From the human T2T-CHM13v2.0 reference genome, Homo sapiens, in assembly GCF_009914755.1 (NCBI RefSeq), contig NC_060928.1: 64,000 bases of DNA, one strand, 5' to 3'. Positions 51,980 to 64,000 of the stretch are shown here, in pieces. Positions within the stretch are counted from its first letter, which is position 1. Every line of letters starts with the position of its first letter. The position numbers and the translations under genes are program-made. The notes beneath the pieces are model-generated. The model was given only the letters and a program-made list of their open reading frames with translations, was not told the DNA's origin and ran no database searches.

Positions 51980-52600
51980 TTTGATGAGGCTATTAGAAAA
52001 CAGGAACTCTAACAATTGTATAGTGGGAAGATAAATTCATACAACGACTTTGGAAAACTGCTTGACAATGTAAGGATGAAAGTGCCCAAAATTGTAAAAT
52101 TTCCCTGCTCTATGTCTATCCTATGAAAATTCTAATATATATAAACAACAAAACCATAAATATTTATTGTAGCTTTGTTTTTAACATTTACAATGGTAAA
52201 TATAAAAATGCCAGTATTTCCTGATATGAAAATTGATAGCTTTATATTATATATATAATGAAATCCCATATAGAAATTAAACAAAAACAGATACCCAAGT
52301 ATCAGCTGGAATGGATCTCAAAAATATCATAGTGAGATTATAAAGCATGTGTTGAAATAATACAGAGAAAACAATAACATCTTATTTAAATTTGAAGATA
52401 CAAACACTACCATATGCTGTATAAAATATTCTATACACAGACCTGTACTTAAAAATAGAGAAATATACAAGGGGATGCTAAACAATTTTAGCCTGTAGTT
52501 ATCCCTTGTAGAATTTCTTATAATCTTGTTTCTGGTTATGTTGCTGTATCAATTATTTTTCAGTTTTGGGCATGTGTGAAATATTTCATAAAAGGAAGTT
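51980..52600 (+). mobile_element. L1ME 3'-end remnant
   Basis: 'caggaactct...gtgggaagataaattcatacaacgactttggaaaactg', 'tggaatggatctcaaaaatatcatagtgag'. Confidence 0.6.
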
Positions 52601-54225
52601 GGACGTTTTAATAATACATTGACTTTAAGAGGAGGAAGAATAGGTGATTGGGGTATTTTGTTATATACCAACACATGACTGAAATAATCATCTATTCTAA
52701 TTCTGTTCAGTTCAGTGGAAAGTCTGAAGGTTTTTTAAGAGTTGCAGTTTGTCATATCTTTGAGAACATTGTGTTAGATTAAGTGGAACAGGAATGCTTA
52801 GAGGGAAGGAGATTAAAATAATGTGTTGTATGGATATTTGAGGTGACATACAACAGAACTGGAAAATAGAGAAACTTCATGAAAAATAATATAAAAAGAG
52901 ACATCAATGACTTACCAATTGACTCTGCTGTGTTTGACAGATGGGAATTGTAGTCGTAACATTGGATGAAATAGGAAAGACAGAGTAGTAGAGCTCTTTG
53001 GAGGCAAGTTCTTTTTACATTTTGAGTTGAAGTTTTCACTTTTAAATGAAATGCATATGGATAAAAATAAAGGTAAATATAGTTATTATGAAATTGTCAA
53101 CATAAAATGAGAGTTGATGCATAAAAATGAATAGACTGGAAAATGGGAACTTTTTAAATATAAAAAAAATTGCCTCTTTTCTGATAGTATTCTTTCTTCT
53201 TAAACTTCATGATTGTTCCTGGAAATTAAAGTGAAAAAAACTATCATAAAACTATGACTCTATCATACCGTAACATTTCAGGGCCCGCATTATTATACCT
53301 CCTCTCTCCATCTTGCATGACTGTTTAAAATGGTTCTGTTTGATACACTGACATTCAATTTCTTTTTATGTAGAATGTAATTTGGGAGATTCTCTAAACA
53401 ATCTGTATAATGGCAGACATGGAATACAACTGAAATTAGAAATATTCTGTTGTAGTTTCCATTCTTTCTTAAAGGTTTTAGCATTTTGTTATGAACATGA
53501 CAAGCCTTATTTTTTTTTCCACACATAGAAGGAACACGAATTATAAATAAAACAAAACACTGTGAAATACTGCAAATGTAGAATAATTTTTGATCTCATG
53601 CACACACCTCGGTAATTTAAATTAAATTCTATAAGTAAATGACTAAATATTTTAAAATTAACTACTTTAAATTAAGATGTATTTAGAAATACTTTTAATG
53701 TTATTGAAATTTTTTAAAAAATCTATTGTAATATAAGAAATCATGGTATAATGGAAATACTACATATTTTCAGAAAATTTGGTAATGAATATCATCTCCC
53801 AAAAAACCATCTTAGTCGTTGCATAAAATTCTACAAATGATATCTGATTTTAATTTAGAGGAAAGTACATGAACTGAAAGTCCCGACTGAATAAATGCTT
53901 AAAAAAGGATGATTAAAAAAAATTTAAAGGTAACATTTATTAATTAAAATAATTCTGATAGAAAATCCTAACAATGTTCATTATTGTCTAGATTTATAAT
54001 TCTGTAAATTAAATATACATCCCCCTGCAAGTGGCAATACTTCAAAAATTAATTCTAGTTTACAATTTAGTATAAAATAATGTATTAGAAGTGTCCCTGA
54101 AAGATGGAGTTTAATGGAGAAAATTGATGAAGATTATGAGTATCAGGACATGGAGAAGAGTAAAAAGTCAATATTGTGGGACAAATTAAATGACATAAAA
54201 AATCACCTTTTTTCATTTGATATAA

Positions 54226-54809
54226 TGTAATGGTTATAAAATATCTCCTCAGAGTTCTTCAACTGTCATTTCATCGAGATGTGGGGACTGGGGTCTCTGA
54301 CCTTGAATCTGGGAGGACTTTTAACTTCTTTGACTAAGAGAATACCAAAAAAAGCAATGCTGTGTAACTTTTGAGACGTGGCCTAGATTGACAATCTGAC
54401 TTCTGCTCACTGTTTTTCAGAATCCTCCATCTCAGGAAGGCCCCAGTATTGCCAGGCTGGGAGAAACCCAAGCCATGAGGATAGACCATGAATAGGAGTT
54501 CTGGTTGACAATCCCAGTTCACTCCCAGCTTCAAATACACAAGGCCAAGTGCCAGATACGGGCATAAAAAGCAATTTTGGAAGTGGACACTCCAGTCCCA
54601 GCTGTCCTAGCCCTCAGCTATTTGAGTTGCATCCAGACATGTAAATCTTCCCAGCTGAGGCCTCATCATTGAGGTGCAGAAAAGGGGCATGCCCATTGTG
54701 CCTGTTTCTAAATTCCTGACCCACAGAACCTGTGAGCATAATACAAGTTTACTATTTTATACCAGTAAGTTTGGGGTATAGTATTACGCAGCAATACAAC
54801 TTGATGCAC
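54226..54809 (+). mobile_element. MLT1G/H-type MaLR solo LTR
   Basis: 'ccttgaatctggg', 'cttcccagctgaggcc', 'aattcctgacccacagaacctgtgagcataat'. Confidence 0.8.
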
Positions 54810-55409
54810 AAAAAATCTCTTCTTTGTTACATAAACTCTATATAAACTGGCATATGCTTAGTTCGTCAACCTCTCTCCAATCTCCTTCTCTTTCCCCAAT
54901 CTCCTTCTCTTTCCCCATACTCAAACTAATCTGCTTTTTTTTCCTGCTCCTTCAACAAACCAGCACTTGTATTTACACAGTAGATAAATTGCACCATTAA
55001 CTTAAAAAACACAGTTTCCAAGATTTTTACAAAACTGTCTTATAGTTTAAAGTATCTCAGCCTTTAAGTATCACTTGTTAGATAACATTTAGTTGCCAAT
55101 CTTTTTATAATTGCTTTCTCTTACTCTACTCCTTAGCTTACAGTCCTTTCTGCTATATTTATCGTATTTGTATAACAGATCAAAATCTGTGGTTATCTAT
55201 TTATTTACCTAATTTTCAGCTCTCTCCACTTATTATCATATAAGTTACAAACATTTCAAGTCATATCTTCAGTTCACCACATTATACCAGTAGCTAAAAT
55301 ATCATATTACCCATACTAGCCACTCAAAAATATTTATTATGGAATTAATGGAACTCTAAATTTAATCTGATCTCCAAACTAAATATATGGCATAAGTATC
55401 AATATAGGT

Positions 55410-55900
55410 TTCAGGTAGATAGGGTTTAGCTATAAGGAATACACGGTGCAATTAAAAGCAGTTTTCACAGGCAAGTTGTTTACTTACTTCTACAAAAGAA
55501 AGAGTACAAACCAGGACAGGATAAGAAGAGCAGCCACACAGGGACGCTGAAGATTTGTTATACACATGCAGGGACATTAATAGCATTTCCTTAGAAAGAG
55601 GTATGATATAAGATAGCATGATGCCTGTAGCACCCTGAGACATGATTGCTCATATTGCAGCCAAGAAAAATAGGAAAGACTGAAGCAGCAAAGGGCAAAG
55701 GGGCAAAAGGCCAAAGCCATGCAGGCCAAGTTTGTGCGTTTTTAAACGCTTTCCTAGGAGCCTATCTTATGATATCCATTTCAATGTCACAAAATTCACA
55801 TGGCCACACCAAGAAACATGGATATTTTACTTTCCAAATAAAAAACTAGGCAAGAGAAGTTCACATTTGCATAGCCTATCAATAGTGTCTGCCAAGATAT
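55410..55900 (-). mobile_element. Old MLT1 (I/K-like) LTR remnant
   Basis: 'cacatggccacacc' and 'tgcagccaagaaaaataggaaag' resemble antisense old MLT1 text. Confidence 0.4.
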
Positions 55901-55969
55901 TTCCATTTTTTAGTGTATCAGAAAATTGGGCACACATGACTAACGTACTTTTTTCATTTTAAATAGAAA

Positions 55970-56043
55970 CGTGTGTGCATATATATATATAAAATATACA
56001 TATTTATGTGTGTAAATATGTGTGCGTGTATATGTGTGTGTGT
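55970..56043. repeat. Mixed (TG)n/(TA)n simple repeat
   Basis: Read directly. Confidence 0.8.
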
Positions 56044-56145
56044 AAAACCAATCAACTTCTGCTGAAAAACTTCTGTAAAACTCATTTTTTTTCTCTAGTA
56101 TGTTTCCTCTGAAGGCAATCTTCACATCTAGGGACTATTAATGGT

Positions 56146-56375
56146 AATAATAACAGCATTGATTTATTGAGAGTTTTCCTATGTAACAATTACTATATAA
56201 GCTTATTTTCATTCAGTATGCCATTTAATCTATTTCTCCAGTTTCAATATTAATATTGGTACTTAATAAATGAGTAAACTGAAAATAATAAGTTTAAAAT
56301 CTTTTTTCACAGCTAATCAGCAATACAACTGGGATTTGATATCAGATTCATGCGATTCCGAAGACCCTGACCACC
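56146..56375 (-). mobile_element. MIR
   Basis: 'atttattgagagttttcctatgt', 'aaatgagtaaactga', 'cacagctaatcag...ctgggatttga'. Confidence 0.7.
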
Positions 56376-56659
56376 AAATGCAAAAGGTACATGGCAATAG
56401 CTGATTGCAATGAGAGAAAAACAACTAATAAGGCAACAAGCAGGATACCAAGATATTTTCCAAAGTGAATAGCACTGATTCTATGAGGAATGAACATTGC
56501 CAAACAAGTGTTTTGTTTTGCTTTTCAACTCCTCTAAAAAAATTCACATATATGCATGCCACTTTCCTGAAAAATATCTGCCTCATAATTGCCATAAGAA
56601 ACTGTATGGACAACTCTTAAACATTCTGAAAGTAGTCAGGGATGGGGGAAAGCATTTGC

Positions 56660-57060
56660 TATTTTAGTCTGTTCCTGGTCTTATAACAAATACCACAGAC
56701 TGGGTAATTTATGATTACAGAGATGCATTTCTGAAAGTTCCAGGAGTTGGGAAGCTCAAGATTATGGCACCAACATATTCATTGTCTGATGAGGGCCTGT
56801 TTCATAGATGTCATTTTGCATGACTTAATCACAGGGTAGGAAAAGCAAAGGGACAAAATGGACAAATGCCATGTTGTCACATGGCAGAAGAAATGGAAGA
56901 GCCAGGAAGCTCTCAGAGAAGCTTCCTCTATTAGGATATTAATCTCATTCATGAGTGCACAGCCATCATAACTTAATTGCCTCCAGAGGCCCCACTTCCT
57001 CATCACTTAGAGGATTAAACTTAAACATGAATTTGGAGGAAATATATTCAAACTCTAGCA
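56660..57060 (-). mobile_element. MLT1A-type MaLR solo LTR
   Basis: 'ataacaaataccacagactgggtaattta', 'cagaggccccacttc', ending 'attcaaactctagca'. Confidence 0.85.
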
Positions 57061-57862
57061 CTAGTTTAAATGTAGCTAAAAAGGTTTCTTCATTCTGTAA
57101 CTGTCAATATGCTAATATTTTTGTAAATATCCAAGAGGAAGCTAAAGCATATAATATTCCAAAATTTATTTCTGTTTGTGGATATTATGTTTTCCTCTCA
57201 TTCTATCTCAAGAAATTAGTGTCCTCAAGAAACACTATATAGAATAATTGTCTTTCAAGTTCATCAACTACTGGTTCTTGATTCTTCAGTAGCTAATCCT
57301 GGGTAGTAATACTTAACAGATTATAAAAACTTGGGTGCTGCTATATAAATGTGCTGAAACTCCCAGGGAATCAAACATAAGGACTTAAAGAGAGATGTAA
57401 CTAGGGATCATAATCATGAATTTCAGCTGCTTCTCTATCTTTGTCAGTGAGCAAATGACCATACAAAATAAGGTATTCAGTTATTAATTCTGTGCCCATA
57501 TCCCGGAATTTTGCCCAATACATTTGTAAGTTTAGATAAATAAGGCACTAATGCCAGGGATATGTAGCATTAGTTCTGGGTTTATAAAGGGATATTCACA
57601 ACCTCTTGCCATCCACAGAATTTATCAGCCCAAAGTAAACTATACTCGTTTGTTAAGGGCAACCTGAGACATGTTTAAAACTGAGGTAGACTGAAGAGTC
57701 AACTAATTGCAGGAATCTTTTGTTATTTGGTTGAAATGTTCAAACAAGTCCCACTCTGAATTCTATTAGAAGTCCATCATTGGCTTATCTCTGTTTCTCA
57801 CTGTCTTAAATCATGTATTTTATAACACTATGAAGAACGATGTTCAAAAGAATAAGCTAAAT

Positions 57863-59084
57863 TTAATTAATTAAATTATTTATTTATTTATTTTGAGACA
57901 GAGTCTCACTCTGTCACCCAGGCCAGAGTTCAGTTGCACGATCTTGGCTCACTGCATCCTTCACCTCCTGGGCTCAAGAGATCCTCCTGAAGCAGGGCAT
58001 TTCCCTGACCCCTTCATGGGACTCGTGACAGGGGTGCCCCATTTACTCAGCCCACTGCTCTCAACTCCTCGAGGGAGGGAATGCACAACTGAACAAGGCA
58101 GGAACTGGAGTACATGAGTGCTGGAACCAGTGGCCTCTTTGGTGCCAGAAGGAGTGAACTCACCCACTCTGACCTGCTGTGTTCCACACCTTGCAGGAGA
58201 GAGCATGCAGGTGAGCAGGTACAGGAGCCAGGAAGAGAGCTTTGGGGTGTTGGCAGGAGCAAACTCCATGTGGGCCCCATAGCAGCACCTGGGTTTGAGG
58301 GGGTGCCTGTGATTCCTGAAACCCCAGTGGGCATATTACAGTGCTCCTTTAGCTCTGCCATCTTCAGACAGCTGAAGTGTTAGCAGCTCAGCATGCCTTT
58401 TTGTATCCACACTCACTCCCAAGCTCTTGTTTGGCATCCAGGAAAAATCAGCTTACAGGAACGAATTGAAGGATGATAAATGCAGAGGATTTTATTGCCA
58501 AGGAAAGTGGCTCTCAGCAGGAAGGGCAGCTGGGAAGGAGATGTAGCAGGAAGGTTTCTGGCTGGACTCTTTTCCAAAGTTGCACTGTCAAGCTGTCTCT
58601 CTGAAATCAAGCTGCTTCTCTCCAACGTCCAACCGTAGTCTCTGATGCCCAGCTGCTGCTTCTCTTTTGATGTTCAGCTGCTTCTCTTTTTTGCTAGCTG
58701 AGTCTGGGGTTTTTATGGGCACAGGATGGGGGACAGGGGAGGTCATGAGTAACTTTGTAAAAGGCAACATTTGAGTGGGAAAACAGGAATGTATGTTCTC
58801 ACTTTGGGCTGTGGTTCCAGGCTTGAGGGTGGAGCCCTTGCCAGGGACCTGCCCTCTTTTGCCCAGAATTTCCCCACCCCCCATCCCTGTCACTCCCACC
58901 TCAACATCCTGAGTAGCTGGGATTATAGGCGCACACCACCACATCTGATTAATATTTAAAATTTTTGTAGAGACAGGGTTTTGTCATGTTGCCCAGGCTG
59001 GTCTCAAACCCTGGGCTCCAGTGATTTGCCCACCTCAGCCTCCCAAAGTTCTGGGATTACAGGTGTGAGCCAGTGTGCCTGGCC
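57863..59084 (-). mobile_element. AluJ interrupted by an ERV1 LTR
   Basis: Alu text stops at 'gggctcaagagatcctcc' (57987) and resumes at 'ctcccacctcaacatcctgagtagctggg' (58893); ctaaat flanks both ends. Confidence 0.93.
57988..58892 (-). mobile_element. LTR28/LTR27/MER52-group ERV1 solo LTR with perfect 4-bp TSD (ctcc)
   Basis: TG...CA ends; ctcc at 57984-57987 and 58893-58896; minus-strand AATAAA near 58490; GC-rich U3. Confidence 0.88.
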
Positions 59085-59819
59085 CTAAATAATATTTATA
59101 TGGGCATTTTGTAATTATTTTTTTTAATAATATAAATGTTTCTTTTTTAATATGAATTTTTCAGGAGTTTTAAAATTGACTGATTATTCATTAAAATTTA
59201 ATGAAGGACAGGAATTGGCTATTTTTCTGAATGACAAAAATTAGGAAAGTTTTTAGAGAGATGATGAATTTATCCTAGAATATATGGAAAGAGTAAATCT
59301 TGTTATATAGAACAAGAAACTTTCCAATCTGAAGTATCTTAGAATAGTAAAATTTTTTTTTCTAGTTTCCTTATAATTGTTTCAAAGTAATACTTTAGAC
59401 CAAAAATTGTATATCTCAGTAGGTGGCCTACATGATAATTAAAAAATTAAAAGCTAAGTTAATTAAATTTTTAATTATTTTAATTTTTATTAATTTTAAT
59501 TATCTATCTTCATTGAAGAATTTTGTCCAAAAAATGTGGATAATATGTGTCATAAGGATTAATCAGCATAAAATAGTCCCCAAAGGAAATTAAAGGACTG
59601 ATTAGATAGTACTAAAATAACAATTATACAAAGTAGAAAGTGGTGTTATAAGAGAGATATAGATAAAATATTGTAAGAAACTAAAGTAGGAAGATAATGT
59701 TTTCAGTTGTGGGAGATCAGGGAAGATTTTTTGGAAAAAGTAATGTTTAAGCTAGATCTTAGAGAGACATGACTTAATAGAAAAGTAGGCAAAAAATATG
59801 AATAACCCTTTCAGATTAG

Positions 59820-60790
59820 AGGCAATACAAATTATGATAAATATAAAAAAATTCTTACTTCACTAGTAATCAAGTAATTGAATTAAACAATTGGATACCA
59901 TTTTTTCTTCAGCAGATTGGCAAAACATAAGATGTTAACAAGGGTTTTGAGGGTACAGGGAAGAGGGTAGGCTCAAACTATGCTGGTATAAATGTATAAC
60001 CAAGATCTCCTTTGGAGTACAATTGTTATATAGTCTACATCCTGTAAAAACTAAACACATATGTCTGCCTTTCCACTTTTGGAAATATATGGTAGATAAT
60101 CATGCGAGAATGTCAATTGCAGTATTGTGTTGTAATTTTAAAAAAAAACTCTAAATATTCATCAGTATATAACTACAAATAAAAATAGTTGGACTATCAT
60201 GCAGACTACAATGCCTCTATTGTGGCATAATAGTTAATAATACAATCTCTGAGAGCAGAATATCTGGATTTGAATAATTTGCTCTCCCTGTAAATGACCT
60301 TGAGCAAAGTACTTACAATCTTTTTTCTCTTCTGTAAAGTGGAGATAATAGCATTGCCAATTTATTAGCTTGTCATGATGATTAAATGAGATAATCCATG
60401 TATCACACCAAGTACCCACTACGTAATAAGCAACTAATTAAATTTGACTAATATTAATAATTTCATTATTATTCATCTTAATATCATGGCATGACTTCTA
60501 AGGTATATTATTAAATAGAAAAAGAGAAGTTTTAAACTGAGCCATAGCTTAGAACTTGACTTAAAGCAGACTCACAAAGCAAATGCTCATATCTAGGACA
60601 GGTAAATCTACACGTGTTTATACACGCATTCACTGTATTTGGGAAAAATACACACCAAACTGGAAACACTGGTTGTCTCTGAAGAAGAGACAGGGCTTTG
60701 GCAATATTCAAATTAGGCTTTAACTGTTTCTGAAAGTCTCAGTTCTCTATAAGAAGAAGGTATTACTTATGTAATTTTTAAAAATTACAT
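59820..60790 (+). mobile_element. L1ME 3' remnant flanking a MIR
   Basis: 'tcttacttcactagtaatcaag', 'gataccatttttt...cagattggcaaaa', 'acacaccaaactggaaacactggttgtctctg'. Confidence 0.6.
60215..60470 (+). mobile_element. MIR
   Basis: 'tgaccttgagcaaagtactt', 'ctgtaaagtggagataatag', 'gattaaatgagataatccatgta'. Confidence 0.8.
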
Positions 60791-62904
60791 ATAAAGTACT
60801 AAATGACTGAAGCTTCTTAGAATTGATGGGGGCAGGCATCACATGGGCAGCAAGGCATTCACATAATGGAGAATCATGGTCTCCTGTAGATGTCTAGGAG
60901 TGATAAAATTAACTACCTTTTAGGTGGTGTAGTTTCCTGGCTGAGCTGATAATTATTAAGTTAATGATTAGTAGGTTATTTCTCAACACAGAAGAGATTA
61001 TTAGTGTTTCAAAGTTTTCACTGTAATTCATCTGTAAAACCATTCAACCTATCTCCAGTACACCTCAGTAATCTGGTGACAAGAGAGTATTCTTGCTCAC
61101 TTTATTTACTCTTCAGTGATCTAATGCCAATAATGCCAGCCTATAGAAACAACAGCCGATTATAACAAAAAGCACATTAAAAAGTCAAATATAGCTGGGT
61201 AATAGACATAAAAATACCTTATTAACATTTTTATAACACTCTCAACTGAAATAAACAGACCACTCTCAATTTTAGCATCTGGTTCCAAACAATTCTTGTT
61301 TGGGTGATAACTTTTTAAAAACAAATGCTGGGCATCTTTCATCGACTTTTCATCAAGTAACAGCTGTTCCTTTAGAACAAAATGTATGCATGTTGGAAGT
61401 GTGACTGATGCTCACTTCTGTTTTGTTCTGTGTGAGAAAGCTTTATGTTGGGTGCAATTCAGAAAACAAATGGTTTCCAATCTTTTGAATAGATGCCATA
61501 GCACAGTTTAAATGCAGCTTCTTGTGATTTTTAGAATAATTTCAGCCACAATTTTTACATTCAATTTATAACTATACTAAGACATTCTCCTTCAGAACAA
61601 AGGCATTTCTGTTTTCATGTGCTCTTGGGCATCTTCGGGTCATTCATTATATCAATCATTTATCTTCGTAAAGTGTTTGGCTATGAACAATTACTTACTA
61701 CACCAAAGCATGAAAGAAATAGATATAGCTCGTCTGCTCTTGAATGCATTTCTACAGATTCCCTTAGGATAATTCCTGTTTCAACTTAAGCTATTAAATT
61801 TTTTGCTGAATTCAAATCACCTCATCTGCTGAAACATGTGGAGACAAATAACCACAGACGTTTGCATGAAGGTTCAGGCGTATTTAAGGGCAGCTTAATT
61901 ATAAGACACTATGAAATTCTCCTAATTAATTTGGAGCAAAATATTCTACATCAAATATTTTACAAAACTTAAAGAAATATTTACTTTTCACATGATTACG
62001 ATTTTGATACTAGGTTAAAAATGACTTATATTGGCATTTTTTAAACAGTTTAAGACAAATAATGTTTTTGATACTGTTTATTATAACATATGAAAAGTCT
62101 TTATATTTATGCAAATATACTCTATTTTATCATCTGTTCATTTAATGTTGCATTTGCATGCACTCCTGAATTACTTGTTACTAAAACATACAGAACAGAC
62201 AGAAAGTTAAAATTGGTTAATTTCTATCTAATCTGGATAAGATAAACACGAGTGAAATAAATCATTATGTCAAATAACAAAAACCTCATGCATAGAAACT
62301 TCAACATTTCTGAATAACAAAAAGTATAACATTATGTAGGGCAAGATGCCACTTTTGTATCAACTAGAAATAAGCCCTGAATCTGAATGATGAAATTTTA
62401 ATAGTAACTTTTGACTGCAGGGCACAGAGTTTACTCTCTTGGTCAGATGCTTTTGTGAATGACACAAACTGTGTGTCCAGATCACTTTTCCCTATAATCA
62501 CTTCAAATTATTTGACTTTTTGATCTGTTTATTTTCTCTCTCTCTTTTTTGTCCACAACAGATATTCCAAATATCCACCGAGTTTTCAAATACTCCAGTC
62601 CGTATTTGGTCTTCCCATTCCTAGCAGAAGTACTTTGTCTTCTACTTCCCAGAATAATGTTAATTCTCTTATTTTAGACTTGCTTGCTTTAATTTGTATT
62701 TGTTCTTGGCTTTTTTTCTTTCCATCTCACAGGATAAGAGGGCATCTCTTCTTCCATATTCATAAATACGTTGCCAACAGGAATTTGTTGTTATTTACAC
62801 TTTCTTCTCCTAGACATTTTAATTTTACTTACCTTCCTTGAGCACACGGCAAAGTCAAAACACAAGCAGAATCTTACTTATGAATAGAGGCAGATTTATT
62901 AAGC

Positions 62905-63127
62905 CAGGGGTAGGCAAACTATAGCCAATGAGCCAAAGCCAGGCTGCCATGGGTTTTTATAAATAAAATTTTATAGGAACTCAGCCACAGACATTCCTTT
63001 ACATATTGCCTACAGCTGCTTAAGCACTACAAAGGCAAAGTTGCATATTTACAACACAAACAATATGGCCTGCAAGCCTAAAGTATCTACTATTGTGCCC
63101 TTTATAGAAAATGTTTATCAGCTTTTG
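62905..63127. mobile_element. MER58A DNA transposon (hAT-Charlie)
   Basis: 'caggggtaggcaaactatagcc ... aaataaaattttataggaactcagccac ... tatggcctgcaagcctaaagtat'. Confidence 0.88.
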
Positions 63128-63382
63128 TTCTGTTATCCTAAGTTATGAGGCTTACATTTCTGGCCACCTCATTTGCATTTGAGTTTCCAGTTTTGAGTTT
63201 GTAGTTTTGTATTCTTGCTTGACGAGCCCCAAACCCTGACCTCCAAATTGAATGTGCTGTAGATCCCACAAAATATGGATCCAATCAAGCTGATGCCATG
63301 TCATTATCTGTAGCTTTTATTCTTTGCCATCACACACCTTCCTTGAACAGTTAGGCTTCTCCAAAAAATCTTAAATAATCAC

Positions 63383-63748
63383 TGATATGGGTTGGTTCTG
63401 TGTCTTCACCCAAATCTCATTTTGTAGCTCCCATAATTTCCACGTGTTGTGGGAGGGACCCAGTGGGAGATGACTGAATCATGAGGGCAGGTCTGTCCCA
63501 TGCTGTTGCCGTGATAGTGAATGGGTCTCACGAGATCTGACGGTGTTAAAAATGGGAGTTTCTCTGAACAATGTCTTTTTTTGCCTGCTGCCGTCTATGT
63601 AAGATGTAGCTTGCTCTTTCTTGCCTTCCACCATGATTATGATGCCTCTCCAGCCATGTGGAACTGTAAGTCCAACAAACCACTTTCTTTTGTAAATTGC
63701 CCAGTTGCAGGTATGTTTTTATCAGCAGCATGAAAATGAACTAATACA
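63383..63748 (+). mobile_element. THE1B-type 5' LTR
   Basis: 'tgatatgggttggttctgtgtc ... aactaataca'. Confidence 0.94.
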
Positions 63749-64000
63749 GTAAATTGTTACAGTAGAGTGGGGTGCTGGTGAAAACATATCCAAAAATGTG
63801 GAAGCGACGTTGGAACTGGGTAACAGGCAGAGGTTGGAACAGTTTGGAGGACTCAGAAGAAGACAGGAAAATGTGGCCAAGTTTGGAACTTCCTAGAGAC
63901 TTGCTGAATGGCTTTGAACAAAATGCTGACAGTGATATGGACGATGAAATCCAGGCTAGGTGGTCTCAGCTGGTGATAAGGAACTTGTTGGGAACCGGAG
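63749..64000 (+). mobile_element. THE1 internal region (continues beyond the window)
   Basis: 'gtaaattg...gagtggggtgctg'; a frame from ATG 63796 reads MWKRRWNWVTGRGWNSLEDSEEDRKMW..., as in the MaLR internal ORF. Confidence 0.92.

Noticed and set aside
54877-54917. 20-bp tandem duplication ccaatctccttctctttccc (similar small ones near 19971 and 20973)
   Set aside because: Ordinary two-copy slippage duplications.
59434-59503. AT-only quasi-palindrome
   Set aside because: Low complexity and short; not comparable to long palindromic AT-rich repeats.

Overview
AT-rich, repeat-dense primate genomic DNA, probably human or great ape given AluJ/S/Y, L1PA, THE1 and MER4-group ERV1 elements. I see no protein-coding exon, RNA gene, CpG island or CRISPR-like array. 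The ORF-track entries are either retroelement remnants (L1 ORF2 C-termini, an ERV env tail, Alu/LTR read-throughs) or chance frames. Main landmarks: a decayed two-LTR ERV1 provirus (29.5-36.7 kb, minus) carrying three nested insertions, a gag N-terminal remnant and an env cytoplasmic-tail remnant; a near full-length ~7.4 kb L1PB-type element (38.7-46.1 kb, minus); many solo LTRs with readable target-site duplications (TSDs); and several nested insertions. I found no new biological system. The most unusual signals are a chimeric double 3' end in an L1PA element, five locally templated inverted insertions (template-switch scars), and a SOX-motif-rich unique segment near 61.2-61.7 kb. Family names come from my recall of consensus sequences, not from a search, so subfamily calls and old-element boundaries are approximate.
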